NCBI GenBank assembly: GCA_965249965.1
Contig: OZ252262.1
Location: forward strand, 3,044,682 to 3,076,681
DNA from: Balneolaceae bacterium
GTDB lineage: Bacteria > Bacteroidota > Rhodothermia > Balneolales > Balneolaceae
DNA length: 32,000 nt
Direction: 5' to 3'
The notes beneath the pieces were generated by a model. It saw nothing but the letters and a program-made list of their open reading frames with translations, had not been told where the DNA came from and searched no databases. Positions 22,968 through 31,642 of this stretch are shown piece after piece; positions within the stretch are counted from its first letter, which is position 1, and every line of letters begins with the position of its first letter. The translations under genes were made by a program, and so were the position numbers.

Positions 22968-24794
22968 GTGAAGAAGAAGAAAAACATAATTCTAACACGT
23001 TCGCTCTTTCCATTACAAGAATTTGAGGAAGATGATGAAAATAGCTGGCAAGTTAGCTATTTAGACATCATTACCATTGTACTGGGTTTTCTGATCATAT
23101 TACTTTCTGTTTCACAGATAACTAAATCTGAGTTTACCTCGCTTTCTTCGATTTTTGGTAAACTAGCAGATGAATCTGAGTTCATAACAACACCAATTGG
23201 CAATATTCAAGATGAACTGGTTGAAATGCTTGAACCGGAAATTACAGCCGGAAATCTTGAAATTATTCGTGATTTAAATGATTTACGTATTCGTTTCAAA
23301 AGTGATGATTTATATAATTCCGGAGAAGCAAAATTACAACCAAGTGCAGAATACCTTTTAGATAGAGTTCTAATTGCAATGCAAATGACAAGCTACAACG
23401 ATTTTAATATCGATGTGGAAGGTCATACCGATAATACTCCAATTGCTTCAATTCAATATCCTTCGAATTGGGAATTGTCCACAGCAAGAGCTGCAAATGT
23501 TGTTAAGTACTTCAATGACTTAGGAATTCCTGCAAAGCGTCTAAAAGCGTCTGGTTATGCAGACTCGCGTCCAGTAATTGAATATGATTCGCTAGGCTTT
23601 CCTTTTGCAGCTAACAAAGAAAAGAACCGAAGAGTTGTACTTCGGTTATACTATTCTACTGATAATTTGATAGAAGAACGCCGAGAAGATGCTATCGTTG
23701 AGGATGTATTAACTTCAGAATCATTGGAAGGCTCAATTCCTGAAATCACAACTATAGATCCGCCAGAAAGTGATGAAAATGTACTTGTTCTAGCTGATCA
23801 ACCGGCCATGGTAACTTTACTTGAAAGAAACCGAATTGAAGAAGCAAGGCGAGAAGAACAAAATCGCCAACAACAGGAAACCAATGAACTAATTGCAGAA
23901 GTTGAACAAAAAAATATCCCAAATAACCAAGAACTTATACCTGAGCCTGAACCTGTAAATGAAATACCAGAACCTGTAGTATCTACCCCACCTGCTTCAA
24001 CTCCAGCGATAGCTTCTATGAATTTGCCTTCAACATTGAGAGTTGATGCACGATGTCAGTTTTCAGTACAAATTGGAGAGTTTGAAGCATTACAAACTGC
24101 GTTTCAGCAGGCTGCCCGAGTTGAATCAGCCTTATCTTCCTCTGTGATTTTAACTTACAATAACAATGAATATTCTGTACGGACAGAACCAATTTCTTCT
24201 TTTAGAGATGCCCGGACTGAACAAAATAGAGTTGCTGAGCAATTAAATAATACTGACGTTACACTCTTACATCAGTGCTACAACAATACATTCAATCGTC
24301 CCAAGCCGGTTAGGTACTTAATACAATTTGGAGCTTATCAGAGCAGATCGAATGCCATTGATTATACCATTGAGTTAATGAATCAGTTTGGAGTTCAGGC
24401 GTATATGAATCGTGTTTCTGACACTTATAATGTATTAACCGGACCATATACCTCAAGAAGCGAAGTTCTGTCTCGCCTTCAAGCTTTTAGGTCGCAAAAT
24501 ATTTCTTCAAACTTGTTTATTCGTCATCAACCGGAAACTGTTTTTAATTACAAATATGCTTATCAAATTGAGATAGACACATTTTCGGACAGGATTTCAG
24601 CTGAAAATCTCGCAAATCAGGTACAAACCACTAGCAATATCACCACACGAGTTGAAGAATTAAATGCAGGAATTTTTTCTGTATTAACGGGACAATCAAA
24701 CAGTTTTGATGAGACGCAACGAGCTTTCAACAGGCTTAGAACATCCGGTATAGCAGAAAATCCGGTAATATTTATCCTTGAATCTTCATTATAA
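22968..24794 (+). CDS. MotB-like stator/peptidoglycan-anchoring protein: MotB TM helix with conserved Asp, OmpA-like domain, Pro/Glu-rich linker, three SPOR repeats (608 aa, GTG start)
   Basis: WQVSYLDIITIVLGFLIILL matches MotB W.v.YaDfmT...; the Asp codon gac is at 23064-23066. OmpA-like motifs are IDVEGHTDNTPI...NWELSTARAANVVKYF...RLKASGYADSRPV...NRRVVL. A linker (EPEPVNEIPEPVVSTPPASTP) precedes the SPOR repeats. Confidence 0.8.
   Translation: MKKKKNIILTRSLFPLQEFEEDDENSWQVSYLDIITIVLGFLIILLSVSQITKSEFTSLSSIFGKLADESEFITTPIGNIQDELVEMLEPEITAGNLEIIRDLNDLRIRFKSDDLYNSGEAKLQPSAEYLLDRVLIAMQMTSYNDFNIDVEGHTDNTPIASIQYPSNWELSTARAANVVKYFNDLGIPAKRLKASGYADSRPVIEYDSLGFPFAANKEKNRRVVLRLYYSTDNLIEERREDAIVEDVLTSESLEGSIPEITTIDPPESDENVLVLADQPAMVTLLERNRIEEARREEQNRQQQETNELIAEVEQKNIPNNQELIPEPEPVNEIPEPVVSTPPASTPAIASMNLPSTLRVDARCQFSVQIGEFEALQTAFQQAARVESALSSSVILTYNNNEYSVRTEPISSFRDARTEQNRVAEQLNNTDVTLLHQCYNNTFNRPKPVRYLIQFGAYQSRSNAIDYTIELMNQFGVQAYMNRVSDTYNVLTGPYTSRSEVLSRLQAFRSQNISSNLFIRHQPETVFNYKYAYQIEIDTFSDRISAENLANQVQTTSNITTRVEELNAGIFSVLTGQSNSFDETQRAFNRLRTSGIAENPVIFILESSL
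24054..24755 (+). other. Three SPOR-like (septal/denuded-glycan-binding type) repeats at the MotB-like C-terminus
   Basis: Repeat 1 is CQFSVQIGEFEALQTAFQQAARVE...YSVRTEPISSFRDAR. Repeat 2 is YLIQFGAYQSRSNAIDYTIELMNQFGVQAYMNRVSDTYNVLTGPYTSRSEVLSRLQAF. Repeat 3 is YQIEIDTFSDRISAENLANQV...FSVLTGQSNSFDETQRAFNRL. All follow the SPOR pattern (y.vQvGaf....A......l...g......g.yrV..Gpf.s...A). Confidence 0.6.
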
Positions 24795-24796
24795 AA

Positions 24797-24825
24797 AAGC
24801 CCGATACTCTTTCAAGATCGGGCTT
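24797..24825 (-). terminator. Intrinsic terminator between convergent genes (U-tract on the minus strand, serving pdhC; possibly bidirectional)
   Basis: aagcccgat (24797-24805) pairs perfectly with atcgggctt (24817-24825) around an 11-nt loop. An A6 run at 24793-24798 on the plus strand gives a T run after the hairpin on the minus strand. Confidence 0.7.
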
Positions 24826-24854
24826 AGCATTTCATTCCTATCTCAAAGTTGTTT

Positions 24855-26102
24855 TTATAACAACATCGATAAAGGATTCTCAATTAAGTTTCTAACAGTA
24901 TTTAAGAATTCTGCAGCCTTAGCACCGTCAACAACTCGGTGGTCACTCGACAAAGTTACCTTCATGCGTTTTCCAGGCACAATTTCACCATTCTCTATCA
25001 CAGGAATATCTCTGATTGCCCCAACTGCTAAAATACATGCGTTAGGTGGATTGATAATGGCAGTAAACTCCTCGATACCAAACATCCCCAAATTACTAAT
25101 GGTAAAAGTACTTCCTTCCATTTGATCTGGCTGTAACTTTCGATCCTTTGCAAGTCCGGCTAGCTCTTTAGTTTCTGCAGAAATCTCAGCTAATCCTTTC
25201 TTGTCAACATGATTGATTACCGGAGTCATTAGTCCCTCATCAATAGCCACAGCTACGGCGATATTTACATCTCCATGTTGCATGATAATATCATCCAACC
25301 AGGAACTATTAATTGCAGGATGTCGTGTTAGAGCAATTGCACAAGCTTTCACAACAATATCATTAAAGCTTATGCGAACCTCGTTGGCTTCATTCATGGC
25401 TTTACGCGCTGAAAATGCAGCCTTCATGTCTATGTCAATAGTTTCGTAGAAATGTGGATTTGTAAATTTACTCTCCGATAATCGACGAGCAATCACTTTT
25501 CGCATCTGTGAAACTTTAATTTCTTTGCTTTCTAAGCTTTCGAAAGTACGTTTTGGAGTACTTGGAGCAGGCGATGACGCAGCAGGTTTAGTGAGTCCAC
25601 CACCTGGGGTAAATGATTCAACATCTTTCTTAATAATTCGTCCTTCCGGACCAGATCCATTTACTGAAGCTAGGTCAATGCCTTTATCAGCAGCAATTTT
25701 CTTAGCCAATGGTGATGCCTTCACTCTACCATCTTCTGAAGTTGATTCAACCACAACTTGTTTTGATGGTGCCTCATCAGCAGTTTCTTCTTTGGCTGGT
25801 TTTTCGGTTGTATTTTCAGATTCGGAAGATCCATCCTCTGATAATAAATCAGAGATATCTTCACCGGCTTCACCAATTACAGCGATAATACCGCCTAACG
25901 GTACGGCATCGCCTTCGCCCGGAACAATTTTTAAGATTGTGCCCCCATCGAACACTTCTACATCCATAGTTGCTTTATCTGTTTCCACTTCAGCGATGAT
26001 ATCGCCAGCCTCTACGGTGTCTCCTTCTTTCACATTCCATTTAGCAATTACCCCTTCTTCCATGGTATCGCTAAGTTTGGGCATTTCAATTTTAATAGCC
26101 AT
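24855..26102 (-). CDS. pdhC: Pyruvate dehydrogenase complex E2, dihydrolipoamide acetyltransferase (415 aa)
   Basis: It has a lipoyl domain with VETDKATMDV, an E3/E1-binding segment ASPLAKKIAADKGIDLASVNGSGPEGRIIKKDV, and a catalytic domain ending LSSDHRVVDGAKAAEFL. Confidence 0.9.
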   Translation of the reverse strand: MAIKIEMPKLSDTMEEGVIAKWNVKEGDTVEAGDIIAEVETDKATMDVEVFDGGTILKIVPGEGDAVPLGGIIAVIGEAGEDISDLLSEDGSSESENTTEKPAKEETADEAPSKQVVVESTSEDGRVKASPLAKKIAADKGIDLASVNGSGPEGRIIKKDVESFTPGGGLTKPAASSPAPSTPKRTFESLESKEIKVSQMRKVIARRLSESKFTNPHFYETIDIDMKAAFSARKAMNEANEVRISFNDIVVKACAIALTRHPAINSSWLDDIIMQHGDVNIAVAVAIDEGLMTPVINHVDKKGLAEISAETKELAGLAKDRKLQPDQMEGSTFTISNLGMFGIEEFTAIINPPNACILAVGAIRDIPVIENGEIVPGKRMKVTLSSDHRVVDGAKAAEFLNTVRNLIENPLSMLL

Positions 26103-26125
26103 AGTGAGTGATTTTTAAAAGTGAT

Positions 26126-27109
26126 TTATGTTCGATATGTAACTTGATTGACTGCGTCGATCACATCCTTTGGACTTGGGAACCACGCATCGAATAATTT
26201 CTTAGAAAATGGTGCATTTACATCAGGTAAACAAACTCGTTGTACGGGTGCATCTAGATAGTCAAATGCTTCTCGCTGGATCAAAAACCCAACTTCTGCT
26301 GCTAATCCACCAAATGGATGGGCCTCATCAACCAACACACAGCGGTTTGTCTTCTTAATGGATTCAATGATCAATGGAAGATCCAAAGGCTTCACAGTTC
26401 GTGGATCAATTATCTCACATTCAATTCCATCTTTGGCTAATTGTGCAGCAGCCTGAACTGCCACATGATACATTTTTCCGTGCGCAACTAAAGTAACATC
26501 GTTGCCTTCGCGTTTAATCTTACCTTTTCCAATTGGAATGATGAAATCATCTGTGTCCGGCACTTCGCCTTTCATTCCATACATTTGCTCAGATTCCATG
26601 AAAACAACAGGATTGTTATCACGTATTGCTGATTTCAATAAGCCTTTTGCATCGCCAGGTTCCGAAGGATAAATAACTTTTAATCCCGGAAAGTGTGCAT
26701 ACATTGAGTCGTACGAAACTGAGTGAGTGGCCCCTAATTGACCTGCTGAGGCATTTGGCCCGCGAAAAACAATGGCGCAATCAATTTGGCCACCTGTCAT
26801 GTACTTCACTTTAGTTGCGTGATTAATGATCTGATCAGCGGCTAATACAGCAAAATTAAACGTCATGAACTCCACTATAGGCCGTAATCCGCGCATAGCA
26901 GCACCTACTCCTAACCCGGCAAAGCCTAGCTCAGAAATAGGAGTGTCAATCACTCGCTTAAAACCGTATTTATCTAGTAAACCCTCGGTTACTTTATACG
27001 CTCCGTTATATTCGGCAACTTCTTCACCCATGACGAACACACGCTCATCACGATCCATTTCTTCGTCAATTGCCTCTTTTAATGCTTCTCTAAATTGTAA
27101 TTCTGCCAT
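26126..27109 (-). CDS. pdhB: Pyruvate dehydrogenase E1 component, beta subunit (327 aa)
   Basis: Typical transketolase-like E1-beta sequence (REALKEAIDEEMDRDERVFVMGEEVAEYNGAYKVTEGL...DTPISELGFAGLGVGAAM...). It lies between the E1-alpha and E2 genes. Confidence 0.9.
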   Translation of the reverse strand: MAELQFREALKEAIDEEMDRDERVFVMGEEVAEYNGAYKVTEGLLDKYGFKRVIDTPISELGFAGLGVGAAMRGLRPIVEFMTFNFAVLAADQIINHATKVKYMTGGQIDCAIVFRGPNASAGQLGATHSVSYDSMYAHFPGLKVIYPSEPGDAKGLLKSAIRDNNPVVFMESEQMYGMKGEVPDTDDFIIPIGKGKIKREGNDVTLVAHGKMYHVAVQAAAQLAKDGIECEIIDPRTVKPLDLPLIIESIKKTNRCVLVDEAHPFGGLAAEVGFLIQREAFDYLDAPVQRVCLPDVNAPFSKKLFDAWFPSPKDVIDAVNQVTYRT

Positions 27110-27123
27110 TTCTATGGATGATT

Positions 27124-28224
27124 TTAAACGTGGAAGTATGGGTTTTCTTCATCGAACATATCTTCGTACATCTCATGTTCTTCTGGGAATGGAGATTCAT
27201 CCGCAAACTTCACAGCGTCAAGAACTTCCTGCTCTACTTTGTCTTCAATTTCTTTCAATGCCTCTTCGGTGGTTATCTTGTTTGAAGTCATATAACTCTT
27301 CAATCGTAGAATTGGATCAATTCTCTGATATTCTTCTAATTCCTCTTTTGTACGATATTTTTGAGGATCAGACATGGAGTGACCACGATATCGATATGTT
27401 CTAATTTCTACAAACCACGGCTCAGAATTTTCGCGAACATCATCTGCAATTTCTTTCATTTTCTCATAAACCGAGAAAACATCCATTCCATTGATAACTG
27501 CACTTTTCATATCATACCCTTTTGCACGATCTACAATCTCAGCAACGGTATGTCTGGCAGCGGCTGTTCCCATCGAATATCCATTGTTTTCGACAACAAA
27601 CACGGCCGGTAGCTTCCATAATTGAGCCAGATTTAAAGTCTCGTGAAGTGCCCCCTGATCAACAGCTCCATCACCGAAAAAACACACCGAAATATTTCCA
27701 GTTTGGTTGTACTTGTTGGCGAAAGCAAGTCCCGCGTTTATTGGAATATGACCTCCAACAATCCCGTATCCTCCCCAAAAATGTTCTTTAGCATTCGCAA
27801 AGTGCATTGAACCACCCTTTCCGCGGGATGATCCGGTTGCTTTACCGAACAACTCAGCCATTCCTTCATTTGGGGTAATACCTCTTACGAGTCCCCAGCC
27901 ATGATCCCGATATGCGGTGATGATATCATCTTTTGGAATCAAAGCGAAAGCAGTACCTGTTGAAATTGCTTCCTGACCAATATAAAGGTGCAAGAAGCCA
28001 CCGAACTTACCCTTTTGATATTGTTGCATTGAACGCTCTTCGAATCTGCGTTGCAAATACATCTGCTCATACATTTCAAGCAATTGATCTTCGGATAAAC
28101 CTAAATCTTTATGCTTTTTCTTGGTTGCAGGTGGGAGATCCACTCCTTTTTGAACTGCCCCATGAGTAACCTCACCGATTCCGGTTGGAGCAAATGTTAT
28201 TTCTTCGCTTTTCTTTTTGGCCAT
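27124..28224 (-). CDS. pdhA: Pyruvate dehydrogenase E1 component, alpha subunit (366 aa)
   Basis: It has the ThDP-binding region GDGAVDQGALHETLNLAQLWKLPAVFVVENNGYSMGT and the PDH-type motif TYRYRGHSMSDPQKYRTKEE. Confidence 0.9.
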   Translation of the reverse strand: MAKKKSEEITFAPTGIGEVTHGAVQKGVDLPPATKKKHKDLGLSEDQLLEMYEQMYLQRRFEERSMQQYQKGKFGGFLHLYIGQEAISTGTAFALIPKDDIITAYRDHGWGLVRGITPNEGMAELFGKATGSSRGKGGSMHFANAKEHFWGGYGIVGGHIPINAGLAFANKYNQTGNISVCFFGDGAVDQGALHETLNLAQLWKLPAVFVVENNGYSMGTAAARHTVAEIVDRAKGYDMKSAVINGMDVFSVYEKMKEIADDVRENSEPWFVEIRTYRYRGHSMSDPQKYRTKEELEEYQRIDPILRLKSYMTSNKITTEEALKEIEDKVEQEVLDAVKFADESPFPEEHEMYEDMFDEENPYFHV

Positions 28225-28313
28225 ACTTTTTTTGTTGAAATGTCCGTCCCAATTTTGGGGCGGGAATATATCAAAATTTTAGCAGAATTCGTGATTGGGA
28301 ATGTTATAACACA

Positions 28314-30977
28314 TCAAACTGATTCTGCAATGATTTCATTTACTGAATCGAGTGCATCATTTAATTTTTCCGGATTCTTACCACCGGCAGTCGCCAGGTT
28401 TGGTTGACCGCCACCTCCACCGCCAACAAGCCGTCCTAATTTTCCAACCAGAACGCCGGCTTTTAGTCCTTTTTCTTTGATAAGATCTTCTGTCACCGCA
28501 ACCATCAAAAACACCTTTCCGGATTCTTCATTTTTTGAACCAAGTACAATCACTGTACTTTTTTCGGTTTTTTGGAGTCCATCATACCCAAGTTGCTTAA
28601 GGGTATTAACATCTGCACCGGAAATCTCACCCTTCACAATTGAAACTCCATTTGTAGTGACTGCACTACTTAAAAGTTGATCCAATTTTGCACCAGAGTT
28701 TGCCATACTTAGTTTCTCGAGCTCTTTTTCAAGTGCTTTCTTTTCATCCATTAGCTTTTGGATGTTTGAAACAGGATCGTTGGTTTGCCCAAATAAAGAC
28801 TTTATATCAGAAACTACCTGCTTTTCATTTCTGAGTATTTCATCCGCTGCTTTTCCACATACTGCCTCAATCCTGCGAATACCTGCAGCCACTGAACTCT
28901 CATGAATAAAACGGAAATATCCGATTTCACCTGAAGCGCCTACATGCGTTCCACCACATAGCTCAACTGAATATTCTTCATCAAAAGTGATTACACGCAC
29001 AAAATCTCCATACTTTTCTCCAAAAAGCATCATTGCCCCATTTTGTTTGGCTTCATCTATGGGAACATTCCGTTCCTCAAGTAACGGGATGTTTTCCTGA
29101 ATTTTAGCATTTACTTCCGCTTCAACAGCATCCAGCTCGTCTTTTGTCATAGCTTCGTAATGAGAAAAGTCAAAACGAAGATGTTCGTCATTCACCAAAG
29201 AACCTTTTTGAGCCACATGATCGCCTAGCACATTTCTAAGGGCGGCATGAGCTAAATGCGTTGCTGAGTGATGCTTCTGAATCTCTAAGCGCTTACTTAA
29301 ATCAATTCTCGCAGTCCAAATCCCACTCAAATCATCTGGCAAATTATTAGTGTAATGAATATTGGCATCGGTGCCTTTTTGTACATCGATTACCTGGATG
29401 AATTCACTTCCATTAGTTAACAAGCCTGTATCGGCAACCTGACCACCACTTTCTGCATAAAATGGAGTTTTATCTAAAGTAAACGCAAACCGCTCACCCT
29501 CGCTGCGAAAAGCCAGAATTTGTGCATTAGTCTCGAACTCATCATAGCCAACAAATTGGGATTCCTGCTCTTCAATAAGGGGCTGCCATTTATTTATTTT
29601 ACTTTGATCTACTGAAAATTTCCCGGCTGCACGAGCTCGTTCTTTTTGTTCCTGCATCAATTCTACAAAACCAGCTTCATCAACTTCCACACCTTTTTCT
29701 CGTGCCATCAATTCAGTCAAATCGATTGGAAAACCGTACGTATCATGGAGCTTAAAAGCATCTTTACCGGATAAACGCGCAGAGCCTTTGATCATCTGCT
29801 CAAAAATCGAAATTCCCTGGCCAAGGGTTTTTAAAAAACTCTTTTCTTCGGCATATACAACATTGGTGATATATTCTTGCTGCGCTTCAATTTCTGGAAA
29901 AACATCTTTGAATTGATTGGCTAAAACATCAACCAACTGATACATGAATGGTTTTTTAAAACCTAATTTATCCCATCCATAACGGATTGCTCTGCGTTGA
30001 ATTCGACGTATCACGTATCCACGTCCATCATTCCCGGGAGAAGCTCCATCAGCAATTGAAAATGAGACAGCGCGTATATGATCGGCAATAACGCGCATTG
30101 CAATATCTTTTTCTTCGTTCTGACCATATTTTAAACCGGCTAAATCGGCTATTTTATTTAACAATGGGGTAAAAACATCTGAATCGTAGTTAGACATTTT
30201 TCCTTGCAAAACGGCACATACTCGTTCAAATCCCATGCCAGTATCCACATGTTTAGCCGGGAGTGTTTCAAGACTTCCATCTGCCTGTCGATTGAATTGA
30301 ATAAATACAAGATTCCAAATCTCTATTACCCGGGGATCATCCATGTTAACTAACGAAGCGCCGTCTAGTTTTTCTCTATCTTCGATTGGGCGCAAATCAA
30401 TATGCAGTTCAGAACATGGGCCACAAGGTCCTGTATCACCCATTTCCCAAAAATTATCCTTCTTATCAAATTTTAGGATGTGATCATGGGGAATATTGGT
30501 CTCTGATTTCCAAAGCTCGATTGCTTCATCATCAACAGGTAGTCCATCAGCTTTATCACCGGCAAATACGGTTGCATATAATCGGTCTGGGTCCATTCCC
30601 CACTTATTCACCAATAATTCCCAGGCCCAACCTATTGCATCTTTTTTGAAATAATCTCCAAACGACCAATTACCTAACATCTCAAATAAAGTGTGGTGAT
30701 AGGTATCATGACCCACTTCTTCCAGATCGTTATGCTTACCACTCACTCGGATACATTTTTGGGTATCTGCAGCTCTACTCCAGTTTTTACCTTCGTGTTT
30801 AAGCTGATTTTCTTCTCCTAAAAAAATTGGCTTAAATTGATTCATACCCGCATTCGTAAATAATAACGTTGGGTCGTCTTTTGGTACAACCGGAGCGCTT
30901 TTTACGATGGCATGCTCTTTCTCTGCAAAGAATTCTAGAAATTCATTTCGTATTTGAGAAGAAGTCTTCAGCGACAT
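28314..30977 (-). CDS. alaS: Alanine--tRNA ligase (887 aa)
   Basis: N-terminus SSQIRNEFLEFFAEKEHAIVKSAPVVPKDDPTLLFTNAGMNQFK, then HHTLFEMLGNWSFGDYFK. The editing-domain motifs HSATHLAHAALR and CGGTHV are present, as is the C-terminal GGGGGGQPNLATAGGK. Confidence 0.95.
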   Translation of the reverse strand: MSLKTSSQIRNEFLEFFAEKEHAIVKSAPVVPKDDPTLLFTNAGMNQFKPIFLGEENQLKHEGKNWSRAADTQKCIRVSGKHNDLEEVGHDTYHHTLFEMLGNWSFGDYFKKDAIGWAWELLVNKWGMDPDRLYATVFAGDKADGLPVDDEAIELWKSETNIPHDHILKFDKKDNFWEMGDTGPCGPCSELHIDLRPIEDREKLDGASLVNMDDPRVIEIWNLVFIQFNRQADGSLETLPAKHVDTGMGFERVCAVLQGKMSNYDSDVFTPLLNKIADLAGLKYGQNEEKDIAMRVIADHIRAVSFSIADGASPGNDGRGYVIRRIQRRAIRYGWDKLGFKKPFMYQLVDVLANQFKDVFPEIEAQQEYITNVVYAEEKSFLKTLGQGISIFEQMIKGSARLSGKDAFKLHDTYGFPIDLTELMAREKGVEVDEAGFVELMQEQKERARAAGKFSVDQSKINKWQPLIEEQESQFVGYDEFETNAQILAFRSEGERFAFTLDKTPFYAESGGQVADTGLLTNGSEFIQVIDVQKGTDANIHYTNNLPDDLSGIWTARIDLSKRLEIQKHHSATHLAHAALRNVLGDHVAQKGSLVNDEHLRFDFSHYEAMTKDELDAVEAEVNAKIQENIPLLEERNVPIDEAKQNGAMMLFGEKYGDFVRVITFDEEYSVELCGGTHVGASGEIGYFRFIHESSVAAGIRRIEAVCGKAADEILRNEKQVVSDIKSLFGQTNDPVSNIQKLMDEKKALEKELEKLSMANSGAKLDQLLSSAVTTNGVSIVKGEISGADVNTLKQLGYDGLQKTEKSTVIVLGSKNEESGKVFLMVAVTEDLIKEKGLKAGVLVGKLGRLVGGGGGGQPNLATAGGKNPEKLNDALDSVNEIIAESV

Positions 30978-31066
30978 TACAATCCTTTGAATATTTAGTC
31001 ATAATTTAGGGGCAGGAAGATAGAAAAATTCCATCTCTAACTCATGTAAATCACAAACCAGCATTT

Positions 31067-31642
31067 ATGAAAGCCATCTTAAATTACTTTATCCGAGGCC
31101 TGTTAATTGTATTTCCTGTAGGTGCAACCATTTATCTCACCATTATTTCAATAGGTTGGGTAAATACTGCTTTCAATAGCCTGTTATTTGGATGGATAGA
31201 TTATGAGATTCCCGGAATTGGAATAGTCACTGGATTTATTCTCATTTCGATAATTGGATATATTTTCACACGGGCATTTATTAAACCAGTTCTAAATTTC
31301 TTCGAGCGGTTAATTACAAGAACCCCGTTAGTAAGCATCATTTATACCTCACTTAAAGATCTAACCGAAGCTTTCGTTGGCGAGAAAAAGAAATTTAACA
31401 AACCAGTGAAAGTTCAGTTTAATAAATCTGGCTTAGTTCGCTTTGGCTTTATAACACAAGAAAATTTAGCAAATTTTGGTCTGCTCGATGAAGTAGCAGT
31501 TTACTGTCCTCATTCCTACAATTTTTCTGGAAATCTATATATAGTTCCAAAAAGTACTATTACTACATTAGATGTAGAACCGGCTGATTTTATGCGATTT
31601 ATTGTCTCGGGTGGAGTAACTGGTTCTTCAAAAAAAGTCTAG
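31067..31642 (+). CDS. DUF502-family membrane protein (191 aa)
   Basis: MKAILNYFIRGLLIVFPVGATIYL... plus a second TM helix and the conserved PLVSIIYTSLKDL segment, as in DUF502/COG2928 proteins. Confidence 0.7.
   Translation: MKAILNYFIRGLLIVFPVGATIYLTIISIGWVNTAFNSLLFGWIDYEIPGIGIVTGFILISIIGYIFTRAFIKPVLNFFERLITRTPLVSIIYTSLKDLTEAFVGEKKKFNKPVKVQFNKSGLVRFGFITQENLANFGLLDEVAVYCPHSYNFSGNLYIVPKSTITTLDVEPADFMRFIVSGGVTGSSKKV

Noticed and set aside
22160-24794. Reading the MotA/MotB-like pair as a Zorya (ZorAB) anti-phage system or as ExbBD/TolQR
   Set aside because: The A subunit is short (265 aa), whereas I recall ZorA having a long C-terminal tail. No ZorC/D-like helicase or nuclease genes follow. 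The B subunit has an OmpA-like domain, which is absent from ExbD and TolR. No TonB, TolA or Pal partner is adjacent. A FliG-like protein is encoded immediately upstream. This judgement is based on motifs only.
19744-24794. Reading this as a fragment of an ordinary flagellar operon
   Set aside because: No fliM/N, fliH/I/J, flhA/B, flg rod/hook or flagellin genes appear anywhere in the 32 kb. The FliF-like part is a single short ring-building motif fused to FliG rather than a ~550-aa FliF. The neighbours are usher, chaperone and fibre-subunit genes. A flagellar regulon elsewhere in the genome cannot be excluded from this window.
24855-28224. Absence of an E3 (lpdA/pdhD) gene after pdhABC as an anomaly
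   Set aside because: E3 is frequently encoded elsewhere and shared among 2-oxoacid dehydrogenase complexes, so this is not unusual.
28244-28263. GC-rich hairpin (ccgtccc aatttt ggggcgg) between the alaS stop and the pdhA start as the alaS terminator
   Set aside because: The 7-bp stem includes one G:T pair, and no T run follows on the minus strand. It may still be a weak terminator or a 5'-UTR structure of pdhA, but it cannot be supported from sequence alone.
24778-28407. Plus-strand ORFs of 78-197 aa overlapping pdhC, pdhB and pdhA (24778-25125, 25213-25449, 25525-26118, 26865-27404, 27361-27612, 27522-27791, 27933-28169, 28111-28407)
   Set aside because: They lie antisense to strongly recognisable PDH genes and have low-complexity or Ser/Pro/Ile-rich translations with no motifs. 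They are typical shadow ORFs.
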